From the NCBI GenBank assembly GCA_002633005.1, contig NMRA01000306.1:226500-290499 (forward strand): a DNA stretch of 64,000 nt, in the 5' to 3' direction. The notes below the pieces were generated by a model, which saw nothing but the letters and a program-made list of their open reading frames with translations, searched no databases and was not told the DNA's origin. Position 1 is the stretch's first letter. Each line of letters opens with the position of its first letter. The position numbers and the translations under genes were made by a program. The DNA is from Phoronis australis. Lineage: Eukaryota; Animalia; Phoronida. Positions 1 to 13,400 of this stretch are shown piece by piece.

Positions 1-304
1 CTCAGGACGTATTGCTGAAAATTTGGTATATGTTTACTAATTATCAAGTAATGAGGTTTTAATTGTAAGCATTGTTTCTGACCTAGTTCTGAGTGAAATA
101 CCCTCCGATTTTAAGAGGGTAGACATTCCATACTATGTGGCGCTCAGGAGTTTACAGCAACAGATGTGATGAGACCGATGTTTTGAGCCTTAACAGGATG
201 GCAAAGCTGCGGTGTTGCAGTGACAATTGTTTCGCGTACATTGTCTTCAAGGCTGATAACATCCGTTCTTCAATGGTAACACAGAATGAACTTTCGTTAT
301 TCAG

Positions 305-1441
305 AACATTCAACCTTGATTTACGGAGGCTGGAGTCAATGGACGCAGTGGTCTTCGTGCACGTGCTCAGAGGCGGTAGTCAGACGGAGAACACGAGACT
401 GTGTAGAGCCAGCTCCAAAGCCAGGGAAATTCTGTTTGGGAGAATCAGTTCAGACGCAGAACTGTTCAGGTATAGACATGTGGTTTATTTTTTCAACCAT
501 AAAAAATGAATGACTGTGTAGACCCGTAGAGGCTCACTGTGCTAAAAAACTTCCATTATTAGTACTGCCCAACTTAGAATTAGATCTTCATTTGAAGTAT
601 AATGAATAAGGTTGACAGATATGTTATAAAAGGACTAGGTGAAGACTAGTTTCTTTTTGCACACGAATGAATTTTTTTTTGAAGAAATAATAAGGTAAAT
701 TATAAATGACAGAGATTGGAATTTATCATGCTTCCAGGGAAATATAGAATATACAATAGATTTTGTTGATTCCATTATTTTCATCATATAGCGACCTGTA
801 AGCTCACTAAGAACGTAAATCTGGATTCCTTCACCTGTCACTTTGAATCATTTATCTCCCCATCTCTCTATCACTCCATCTCCCCATGTACCCATGTCTC
901 CATCTTCCCGGCTATATCCCCAGCTGTCCTGTCCGTCTAATCACTGACCAACCCACCTCTCTATCTATCTATCCTTCTGTCTTTCCATCTCTCCATTTCT
1001 CCGTCTTCTCATTTACCTACCTCTCCATCTATCTATCCTTCTGTCTTTCCGTCTCTCCATTTCTCCGTCTTCTCATTTACCTACATCTCCATCTATCTAT
1101 CCTTCTGTCTTTCCATCTCTCCATTTCTCCGTCTTCTCATTTACCCACCTCTCCGTCTTACCATCTACTCGTCTCTCCAGTCCCTCTCCTGTGCTCACCT
1201 ACCCAAATCTCCATCTATCTATCCTTTTACCCTTTTCTCTATCTGTCCGTCTCTCTATGTATGTCGTTACGACCACCGTCGTCTCCTATATTCAGGAAGT
1301 GAAAGACTAAGAGCTTTATTGATTATTCTCAACATGTATTTATGTCGGAATACCTGGCATACGTTACTTTCTTATTATTTACAGACACTGAATATCAATA
1401 TTGCTATGACATGCAAGACATAGAAATCTACGCAGACACAC
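305..1441 (+). CDS. Unit 1 thrombospondin type-1 repeat (exons 305-469, 1385-1441)
   Basis: GGWSQWTQWSSCTCSE..RRRTRDC..P.P..GKFCLG...QNC; mini-exon TEYQYCYDMQDIEIYADT supplies the 6th Cys. Confidence 0.88.
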
Positions 1442-4400
1442 GTGAGTTTCCAAATACAATATAGTTGCCGGGACAGGCACTTAACTTCCGTGGACAGGCA
1501 CCCCTCTTTTAAAATTTACTGTGGTTGTAAATGAACAATTAAAACGTTTACCAAAGTTTAGCTGTTTCATGCGTTCAAGAAACATCCCGAAAAAGGTTTT
1601 ACAAAACAACATGACCTACATGTATTAGAATTGTTTTTTAGCCTCTTTCTTTCTATCTTGTTTTACTGAGGCATTTAAGTGGACGCGTGTTTAACACCTA
1701 CTTATTCTATTCGGTCTTAGGGAACGTTGATATATTGCAGATTGACATTTTACAGTTTTTCCATCATTGATGTCGTTTTGAAAGTCGCACAACATCACCG
1801 TTCAATCACCAATAAATCGCATAGTTTGTGTTTTGCAGAACTGTGTAACCTGTCAATTGGTTCCCAGCTTCACATCATGTCTCTCAGAGGTCGATACATC
1901 GAAGGTCATGAACTGAAAGTTTACGACAACATCACAAGTGCAACTGAATGTGCACGTGCGTGTATGGTATATCCTGGATGCAAATCTGCTGATTACTTAA
2001 ATTCATCATCCAACTGCGTGTTCAAGAACTCAACATGGGACGATGACAGTTTTTTATTTGATAACGGTTCGAATACCGTTCACTTGGAAATCGGCTGCAC
2101 GACAGGTAACGAAACATCTCAAAAAGCATCGATTCTTATTTCATTGATTTGTGGGCATCAACCGGGCGTGCGTTCAGTAGACGCTAGGACCTATGCTAGG
2201 ACCTAGCTAAAACCTAATCAAAGTCACGTGTTCTCTTTAAAATACACGGCAATATCTCACGTAATCTCGCGAAGTCTTGCTTTTTAGCGAGGTCCTAGCG
2301 TTACTGAACGGGAGGCAGGATTACATGTTACATCTCAATGGCTTGAGCATAGAAGTGTTCACGTAAAACTGCTCACCATCTGTTTTTCAATGATGGCTGT
2401 TTTGAAAGTAATATCTGGCTAAATCTTGCATTACACAAACGTGATCTCAGACAGGGTATAGGCTACACGCAATGTTATGCATTCCAATACTGAATGTACA
2501 TGTCACTGTATCATTGTCGCCTTTGCATTAAATTGCCTGCACGTCTTACACGTGACCTGTTACAGGAAAGTGCCCCCCTGGTTGGCTGAGCGTTGACGAG
2601 TCCAGTTGCTATTCAGTTTCGACTTACAAGTTAAATATGGCAGACGCGTCGACGTATTGTGATCGGCGAAACAGTCACCTCATATATATAAATGACAACG
2701 TCGAAAAGACCACACTGAAGACCTGGACCTCTGCGTAAGCATCAAAACCTTTTTCACTTCAACAAGAAGTTTTAAAAAGCGCCACGATTTTAGTAGCATT
2801 GCATATAACCCATTTATTGTATGCGTTTGCATGGACCATGAAAGTGAAATCCACTGTAAACATTGTTCGCAACTCAAACACTACCCAAATGATAGGTATT
2901 TATCACGTCTTCATTTTAAGGACTTACCAGGAGTTTGGCGTGGCGTTTGGAGATTTTTGGCTGCTAACGGGATCTACGTCTGATACCTACGATTGGAAAT
3001 TTGCTGCCGAAGATGTTTTTAACTACACGATTTACACTTCGAAATGCTTCAAGCTGAACTGCGAAGGCAGTGAATGTGACTTCACCAGTGAGAGATGTGA
3101 CAATATGCTTCATGCAGTATGTGAAATGATGTCAAAAGGTACAGTTTATTTTTGTGTCCTCATCAGTGCCTAATGCTAGGTCTTTCGTTTTGCTTGATAG
3201 TGAAGTAATTTTGGTAACTGCAAATAGTTGACTCGTGACTTGGTCAATTTGCTTTCTCAGTTACGTGAGGCAAACGGGAAGACAATGAAACGAATGATCA
3301 TTGATTTCGCTTCCTTGTCAGACTGATCGATGCTGTCAATGCTCCTAAAGTAACAATGAATCTAAAATTATTATCTAGGAAGCCGTATACCTGAAATAGA
3401 ACCAAGTTGCAAATTTGAAGATCTTGTATACAGAAACATTTGTTCGAAATAGCCCACCCGCTCTCTGTTTCATCAAATTGTATTTACTGAGTACCACCTT
3501 ATAAGCCGTGCACTTCTCTTAACCTTTACTTTGAACAGTTGACGGTTACGGCGAGGCATTAAAGTTACAAGACCTACCAAACAGCGCCTTCTCTGCAACA
3601 CGTATTTTCAATGGTCATTACCCAGCGCATCACTTGAAGTTTAATAGCGGATCATCCTGGCTTCCCCCGGACGCTGTTGACCCGGATGATTATATTCAAG
3701 TCGATCTAGGCGCACAGTTCATTGTCACAAGGACAAGAAGCTGGGTAAATTGTCACTGATGATTGTTTTATAAAAATGCATGAAATAACAGCATAGAAAG
3801 TTACCAGATTTGTGTCATTACTGAATCACTTGGATTCCTGTTTGTTTCGTTTTCGAATTCCTTTGTGCTTTTTGTTTAATAGCCACACGAGAAACAGCTT
3901 TTCAGCTCATTACCGGATTTTTTGAGCCGTGGTCAATGTCATGGTTAGGTTAACGGATGTGCATGTGCTAAGTTACCCAGGTGGCATTTGACGTGCATAC
4001 ACTGCACCAGTCATTCGTTGCGAGAAAAAGGAGCATATATTGAACGCCTCACACAGGCTCTCAGGCTGCTGTAAAACCTGTATTTTCCGAACAAAAGAAA
4101 CTAAAAATTTCATATCAAATTCAGTTAAGTTTGCAACTATTTGGAGTTGTATTGAATAACCATTATATATTCTACAAAAGAAACTATCAGACTAAAATCT
4201 GTTCTACGAAGTATAAACAGTATCTTTTAATGTGAGAGTTCTGACATATTCCTTCTGAAATAAAGAGAATCAAGTCATACTGCTCTCAAAATCTCTCTGT
4301 CAAGAGACGATTAGGCTCTTAAAGTTATTAGAATTGGGAGATCACATGCTGAGCAGCCGAAATCTGGAAAGGTTATCTGCGTATATTAGTGTGTGATGAG

Positions 4401-7400
4401 ACGTATATTACGGGTGACCAATATGTTACCATTTAGTGAAATTGATACTTTTTCAGATAAATTGGACAATTTTTCTCCAGATTCATGAAAGGAGAGGACC
4501 CAGTTTGTACTGATTTTATTTCTGTACGACTATTAAAAACAAATCATGCTCAGCCTAGAACTAGTTATATGCTATACTGAAAGAAATCCTTTTAGCCTTC
4601 TAGGCATTATTCAAAACGTGGCTTCTGGGAATCCCAAGGACACTTACTAATCTTCCTATGAGGAACTTCTTTCTTGTGGACACTGGATGGACAGGAATAG
4701 TAGGACAATACTTTAAGAACTTAAGCCTACTATTCAGTTGTGGCGTCTTTGCCGAAGTTTGCCAAAATCTTCTGATCGCTATTATTGCAATCTGGAAAGC
4801 TTCCAGAGGTAATGATAGATCGCGGATACATGTATCAGAGTATGACAGACCTGTCCGAAGTGTTGGCGTTTTCTATTTGTTCTGTATAGGAATATAAACC
4901 TTTGGCTACCATAATACGGACAGTTTTGAGTTACACATTGTGCATCCTAGTGACCCGCTGACGAGTAAAGAGTATTTAGCTCTTAAAATAATAATGATAT
5001 TCATATCCTTGGATCCGTGTGTTCATGTTCCTAAAAGATTTCATTCTGTAATTTTAGTGTGCATTTATATGTGTGACCTAAAGGGTTATTATATTGTAGG
5101 GTCGTGCCAACGCCAACGAATTCGTCAAATCAATGGAGATCTTTGTTTCTCTTGATGGTGTCACTTTTAGATGTATTGAAGATGAGGCTACAGGCCTTTG
5201 CGCTGAGGTTTGTTTGATTAGCCTGTTTCCAAGTGTTGAGCTACTGTCGAGTAACTATTTTTAGAATATCTGGATTGAATGGATACCGATATCGCCCAAA
5301 ATGAAATTAATAGCCCTAAAAAGTTGCATAAGTAAGGCGTACCAGAACCTAAGGCGACATAAAAAGTAACGTAACCTAAGCGATCATTCTACTCCATACT
5401 TCTTGAGTGCTGTTACAAAATTAACGTACTCAAAATTAAACACACGTTTGGAGTCAACTTTGAAGTACAGTTGCTCCATTACAGATCATAAGACATGTCA
5501 GAGTTTGTCAGGTGATTACGTCATCCAAAATCATAAGGGTCCCGTCGACTCCGGTGGCATTTATTCGTCCCCATGATTCGTATGGCAATATAGAATGCTC
5601 CGTCCCCTAAGAACACCTGTCTTCTACTTTACACTTACATGCTTTATGAATATATGGGTTTTTAGATATGATGCATATAATCACAGATAGTCTGTCATTC
5701 CTCAATAGTTTCCGGGAAATAGTCAGTATTTACAAGGTGTTGACCAAGTATTCCGGAGAAGGACTCGTGTCATCAGAGTGCGACCTCTCACTTATCAAAG
5801 CAGGAAAGCACTTCGACTGGAAGTTTATGTAATCAAAGACGGTGAGTTTTATTTGGCAAAGTTTCTTGAGTGACATATAAGTAAATGTTGCCATGCTGTT
5901 TGCATGATAAACACTCTGGCCTTTGGCCTATATATATCTGTTTTCATGATTAATTAACACATTATTGGACAAAGGTCAATCAGAAAGACGGGCAAGGTCA
6001 TCGTCTTGACGTGTAAGGCACCAACACACACGCTATATTCTAAGTTTGACTGTGATTTCAACAAGTTGAGGCTACTTAAAATGTACAGTACGTATCTTCC
6101 CAAACCTTGCCTCTACATGTAATTTCATAGTGACAACTCCCGCACTTGTGACAGAGTCTGCTATGAAAACCTTGATTCTTTTTAACAAATAGTCGTATGT
6201 GTTGTACCTTACGCCTTGGTCCGAAATGTGTTCATGTAGAATTGTCAGGGTTCCTGCGTTTAAAATAAATGTATACATGCGAACAAACATATATTTGTAT
6301 TTCAACACCATGATCCCTTGAAACAATCCGAAGACGATGTATCCATTTTCAGCTGCACCCTCAAGCAGTGCTTTAAGTCTGAGGAATCTACCAGACGAGG
6401 CATTCACAGCGACCAGATACTAGAAATTTCTTTAGATAATCCGAACATTCTCACTTATTTTCAGCCGTACCCTCAAGTAATGCTTTAAGTTTGTCGGATC
6501 TACCAGATGAGTCATTCACTGCGACCAGATCCTACCAACACCACGTGATGCCTAAATACGCCAAGTTTTCCCTCAACAATGCCTGGTGTACTCTTATCGA
6601 TGACCCAGAAGATTACTTCCAAGTAGATTTGGGTTACGAGTGGATAGTTGAGAAAACTGTGACCAAGGTAATGCTCAACTGATGTTCATCAGTGTCTTTA
6701 TATGGTTTTGCCCTAAGTTATTTCCGTCACTAGTCTTTGCAGCATTAGCACCTTTCATAAACGGTGAACAGGCAACCCAGGCAAAATTTGCCTTAATTGT
6801 ACAGTGTCCCAAAGTAACTTATTCTGTTTGAAATGGACTGTATTCTAGCTCAGACGTCGATTAGGTTTCAGTGCCCAACTCGTTAGTCATGGTTGCTGAA
6901 CTACGGTCAATAGCAGAAATGTAGTTTTAAAATTTGGTTAAAAATTTTGAGAGTTGCCTGCCCTGCAAAGAGCTGTTTTGATTAACAATTTCAGACAACC
7001 TGGTCGCAGCTTATACTTGCTTCTACTGGTATGGAAGCATGATAATACATGTTGGAATCCCGTTACCATGGGAATATTTGTAATCCTCAAACCTTGACAA
7101 GTAAAAGTAAACGTAAACAGAGCAAATTGTGTCGTGTCAGCAGAATGCCCGGCATTAGTTTTTATGTAACATGGGAATAAATGGCAGACTGAATTGCACA
7201 AGATGCGTGTCTTATGTTGTAAATCTTCTTGTCAGAATATAGTCCGACAGTATTTTTAGTTGTATTGTTTTGTTTTGTTATTCTGTTTGATTGGCATGAC
7301 CCCTGAGTTAAGAACAGTGATGATGTAATTTGTTTACTACAAAATAGTGTGGAACTTTCTAGAAGACTCTAGCATGACAGTGATTAATGCAGTCTGGAAT

Positions 7401-10400
7401 ATTCTAGAGACTAGTATGTGTTTGTAGAATGGTTGGGTAGATTCAGGAAAGTTCTAAAATGTGCTTGAATTGATGAAAAGTTCCAAAACGATGCATTAGG
7501 CTATAAATACATGAACACGGGTTTGTGTTAATCAGATCAAGTCAGTTCAAGAAAGTTAATCAGGGGAATTACAGTTGAGTTGCAGTGAAGAGAATCAGCA
7601 GTTACAGCGATAGTCAATAGAGAGCCAGCTATAGAGACAGCAGGTTATTGAATCGACCAGTGTAACATTTGCTGAGCGTGTCTCAGAAGTTCATCAGAAG
7701 TTTATTTATTTATTTATTATTATGATATTTAAAATGAGGGTGGCCTCTTCAGTGATAGCACTGCTTTCCAAGAGGGCCCTCAACAAGTCAAGGCTTCGCA
7801 GCATTGGCTGGGGCATAAACAGGCATTACGTCGGACGTTTTGTTTGAGTAGGCTTGTGAACGTACGGTCGGGATTAATAAAGGATTAACTCGGAGTAGCA
7901 CATCAACAGAAAAAATGTTTTCTTTTAATTTTCTCTATGGGCGAGTCTGTATTCAACCAAGGGCTAAAAACTGTTTCAATAATTAAAATTAGAACTGAGT
8001 AGCAGTGCATATTCCCGAAAATAGAGAACATGAAGGATTTGGTTTTCAACTTTTAAAATTTTGTAACTAAAGAAAGGTACGTCCACAGCCAAACCAAGGT
8101 AATAATAACACGGCCAACTTTAATTTCATGTACATGTAAATGTTAATATGAAATCTCAATTTAAAACAACTGTTACAGTTTTCTACAGTATCATTTCGTT
8201 TTTGTTTTATTCAAAATTTGAGTTTGTTCATCAAAATCAAAACAGTCATAGTTTTGGTAGTACTCAGGCAAAAGTAGAACGTCTTAAAGAACAATTCCAT
8301 TTTAAGTGAGCGGTACTAAAGGGCAGTATCGGAATGTCGCAAATTGAATTCAGTCAAATTTGGACATACATAACTTCAAAGAGGAATGGAAGGCGACAAC
8401 TCGGGAAAATGCTTTAAGCGGATCTTGGCGAACCTACTTCTGAGGATGGTAACGTGAGATTTATTCACTTCGAATGTTGCTATAATTTCTACACAAATTG
8501 TCAGATCCACTATTTTCGAAACACCGACGAAATATACACTCTTTCTTCCCAATAGTTTTAAACTCTAAGCGCCCAATAATGTATATGCGCGCATGCGCTC
8601 AAAGAAGTTAAACTGGCTGCTGCTTGAAATCGAATAAGGTCGTAGTTTGCCGTGTGGGGAAGAAAATTGACGAAGTGACAAGAATTTGACGGATGTTTTT
8701 AAATTTGAAACTAAAGGAAAAAACCTTTGACATCAATGGAAATTCAAAGTCTTTATGAAGAAATCGCTAAAATACCTGGTGAATAGTATGAGCTCTGTTT
8801 CAGTGATAACAAAACCACTTTAGAATAATGGAATTTAGTGAGTTTTTCACGGTCTCTGGTACTTTGATGTTTTACAGGGTTACCAATCCGCCAATCACTG
8901 GACCACCAGCATGATGATCTATACATCCGTGGATGGGGAATCTTTTACTTGTGTTTCTGAACATATGAATGAGACCTGCACGGTTGTAAGTGAAAAGTTT
9001 TGAGGTATTTGATAAGCATGGTGGACACTAATGATGCTTCAGAAAAAAATGTGTTGACCCATTTAATATCACGTACAAAGGGGTATAAAGGACTTTATTT
9101 CTTAGCGCACTGACCTTTTGTGTACAAGGCGGTTTGCCGCTGAACAGTGACGTACAGGAATGCTACGAAAACGGTTCCATATTTTGAAAAAACATTTTCT
9201 TAATTTCTACTAAAAGAAGCTTTTCTCGCTAATTTTTTCAGAGTTGTGGCTTCATCGTTTATGAGCAAACAGTCTGGGATTTCCTTACACTGTTGGCTAT
9301 CAACGCTGACAATTAGGAGATAAATAACTGTTAAAGCAAATGCGGATTCCCTGTCAATTCTTCTTAACTTCAGCCCTGCAGTACTTGGAACCATAGAAAA
9401 CATGTCGCAAGGCCAGAATGATACCATGCTTTTCATAGTTTACCAGTTCTTTCATCTACTGGGACTCATCTCATCTCATCTCATCTCATCTCATCTAGGC
9501 GTTGTCCATCCACTGCAGGATGTAGCCCTCCGACAATGCCTTCCAACGTGTTCTGTCTCTTGCTGCTCTCATCCATGTTGTGTCAATCGTTTTCACGATG
9601 TCATCTCTCCATCTGGCTTGGGGCCGTCCTCTGAATCTCTTTCCATATCTGGGTTGCCACTCTGTGCATCTTTTTGTCCATCTGTTGTCCTGAACTCTGG
9701 CCACGTGTCCGCCCCACCTCCATTTCAATTTCAGAATTGTCTTGATTATGTCCATGACTCTTGTTTGTTCACTTATCTCTGTGTGTGGAATCCTGTCTAG
9801 TAATTTTATGACAAGCATTTTTCTCTCCATTGCTCTCTGTGTTGTTCTTAGCTTGGCAATTGTCTGTTTTTTAAGGGACTGCCTCCTTAAAATTAACCAG
9901 GAGAGTGGGTTCATTACTGCTCATGTAAAATGTTGATTTTTAGTGCCAAAAAGGTTTAAGCGATCATTTAACACCCCTACTCGCATACGTGGGGTCCGCA
10001 TGGACATGTTCATAATATCGTAATACGTGGCAATGCAATTATTCGAACTTGCGGTAAGTTGACTTTCAGTATCATACATGTAGTGGCTAAGGAAGGGATC
10101 TTGGATGTTATCGGTACGAGTTGTCGTTCAACGGTACATAAATCACTTCTTTTGCGTAATTACATACATGTAGGAAGTGCTGCAAGAATCCATCTCAGGT
10201 CATGTGTAAACGAGTACATTGTACGAAATTCTCGAAGAACAGTTTTGTTGCTAACGGCGACTTAGTTTTGTTAAATTCCACTCGAATTGCAGTTTGATGG
10301 CAACGTTAATTACCAAACACCGGTTGAGCAAGCATTTCCTACACGACAGCGGTGGCGTTACATCAGAGTACAGCCAGTAGGATGGGTTAGCAACTTAAAA

Positions 10401-13400
10401 TGTTTGAAACTGGAAGTGTATGTCTATCCATATGGTGAGTTTGTGTGTTACAAACGCTTTTAGAGACACGCTGCCGTAGACACATGACGGGCATGTAGAA
10501 TACGTCAAACGTCGGTGCTGTAGGTCTAGCATTCGTTGGAAAATCGTGAACATTTGGAAAACAATGCGAAAGTATTGCGTACTTTCGTTTTCTTGAGTGG
10601 TGCAAGTGCGTGGTTCTTAAAAATTAACAGTTATGTGGTCATCAGAGTTTGTTACTATGACAATCTGCTGGAGTTGCGGCTGGAGTAGCAAATGTTCGGG
10701 CATGCTGGAGAAGGTTCTTTAATTAGACATATTTTTCCCACTTTCTGTTTTAGTTTATGCAATTAGCACTAGCATCTCTACCATTGCTTCAGTACATCAC
10801 TTCTAGGAAACAATCATGTCGGTCAAGATCTTTTTTCTTAGTTCACGAGTACACCACTTACGGGCACTGGAGCTCATGGAACGAATGGTCGTCGTGTAGC
10901 TGCAGCGAAATTATCACCACACGTCGTAGAGAGCGACAGTGTACAAACCCTGAGCCCTTGGCTGGGAGATTTTGTCTTGGAATGCCATACGAAATATCAA
11001 AGTGTCCAGGTAAGCTGAAATTCATCAGCATCTAAGAAGATATCGTAGAGAGAGATTTGACATTGATGGCTACTAGTACTGTATCCGTCTTGGGCCTTGA
11101 CATTTATGGCTACTAGTACTGTATCCGTCTTGGGCCTTGACATTTATGGCTACTAGTACTGTATCCGTCTTGGGCCTTGACTTGTGTGAAGAAGCGGTAA
11201 TTAAATGAAATCGACAATCTTATTTTTTGAGAATTCACGTGTACCTACCTGTACATATATTGTATATTATATGCAGGTATTTGCGCTCAATCGAAGTTGC
11301 ATTTATATCCGGTAAGGCCATGTACATTTGTCTAACCTATTACGTTCCAGATATAGGCGCACCCCATTTATTTCTTGTTTTCTCAGCTCCTTGGCTTTAG
11401 TGAGGAATCTTGCGAATGGTATAGGCTCGCATACTCCTAGAAGTACCGCACGCGCATTTAGTTTAAAAAACGTGTTTGTGTTGACGTTTTCACTGGTTTT
11501 GCTAGGAGTGTTATTGATTTGGATCAAGCAGATACTTTATTTTCCTCCAAACCTTATTCGCTGTTCAGGTGAGGTTGACAGAATAATGTTCTAGTTTTGT
11601 TCATCCTTTGTCAATATGAAAACATAAGATCTAAATTTTGAACAGTTAGTCGCTGATCGGGACTACTGAATAATACAACTTCACACGTGAACTAAACTGA
11701 ACGTCTTACATATATCTAAATTATGATCTGGGAAAACGTTGTCAAACCAAATTACGGAAAATATTTCGCAGCGTCACGATTATGGGCTTTTGTCGACGAC
11801 AGTGCGCGTGTCTGTATCCACAGAAATGCATGCACAAGAGGACTCCTACCTACACTTACATGTACGGTATAAGCGAAGCCAATAATTTTCTTTGTAAAAA
11901 CTATTATTTTGTACATAATATACGCAAGATGTCCGGTGCAAACGTTTTTTAAATATCTGATATGTTTTTCTGATGCTTCATGTTTCAGGTACAGATGAAT
12001 ATGAGTACTGTCACGACATGCAGAGGAGAGACATTTTCGCTGACACACGTAAGTTGTTTGGATTCGGATTCACAGGGAACAACTCTATAGACTATTTTTA
12101 ATTGCTCAATGTTTATTTATTCATTTATGTATTATTTATCATTTATTTATTAATGTAATATTTACAATGAGGGTAGCCCCATCAGTTCACACTGCTTTCC
12201 ATCACTATCACAAATGAAAGGTACTTTTATCTTTCTCGTTTGTTTTAAAGTACGATCAAAGGCAGATGAGTTTAATACTTGACATTTTTCAGAATTTTGT
12301 GACCTGTCGGTTGGCTCCCAGTTTCACGTCGTGTCTCTCGGAGGTCGATACATTGAAGGTCATAATCTGAGTACTCAGCATAACGTCACCAGTGACACTG
12401 AATGCGCACGTTCGTGTATGGCAGATCCCGGATGTAAGTCTGCAGACTATTCAAAATCTTCATTGCGCTGCATGTTCAAGAGCTCAACGTGGAACGACAC
12501 CAGTTTATTTTTCTTTGAAGAAGGTTCGATGAGTGACATGACCCACTTAGAGATGGGTTGTAGAACAGGTAAGACATTTATCTTAGTCAGAAATGTTATT
12601 ATCCACCTTGTACTTATGTTTGCCTTACGAACGTTGGCCATTTGCGCCGATAAATCTTCGTGTTTACAAAGTTGGAGCACAAGTGAACCGACTTGTTGAC
12701 CAGAATGTGCTTGTTGAAGCCTTTTCTATACACTTCATGTGTTACTTACTACTTTCGCACACGGCAGTTGCGACCTTTACCTACACCCGGTAACTGTCGT
12801 ATGCAATATGACTGAAGTTATTTTAAAAGCAACCATAAATAAAACTTTCTCTACACTCTCATATTGTGGTATACAATTTGTTTATTACATAGTTGTGTGC
12901 GACAGTTGCACTGTGTTACTCTATTACCTTCAGCGTAAGTGTCTTATGAAACATATTGAGTAATTTTTCTCATTAGCCAATATTCGAAACTGAAAAAAAA
13001 GTACCACCTAGACCAAAATCATACCGCTAGGAGCAAATGTCTCATACGGAAACATCCCAACCGCATTTTTAGTCATGCCTGCGGAATAGAACGGGGAAAT
13101 AAGGGTAAGTCAAGTGGAAAAGCACAAAATTATTCGATATGTAAATTTCTCCTCGTGCATCAAAAAGTAGGAAGACCCTACCAAAAACGGGGCAGTTGAA
13201 AAGTTTTCTTCTCTGTGCATACCAATTCTTTCGTGTTGATCACGTGACAATGTACATGTACGTCTCAATTATAAATGATGACTGATACATGTATGAATGC
13301 CTAGGCTTTTAAAAGTTGGCATTACTAATTAGATATTCGAGCCGTTGACAAAAACCATGTACTTACCATGATCTCCCTTTTATCCGTTGCAGAAAAGTGC

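Noticed and set aside
886-1302. 138 aa ORF rich in S/L/P/H
   Set aside because: Translation of the CT-rich minisatellite; no coding signal.
11057-11181. Regularly spaced direct repeats resembling a CRISPR array
   Set aside because: No unique spacers, no cas genes, eukaryotic intron; a plain 40-bp tandem repeat.
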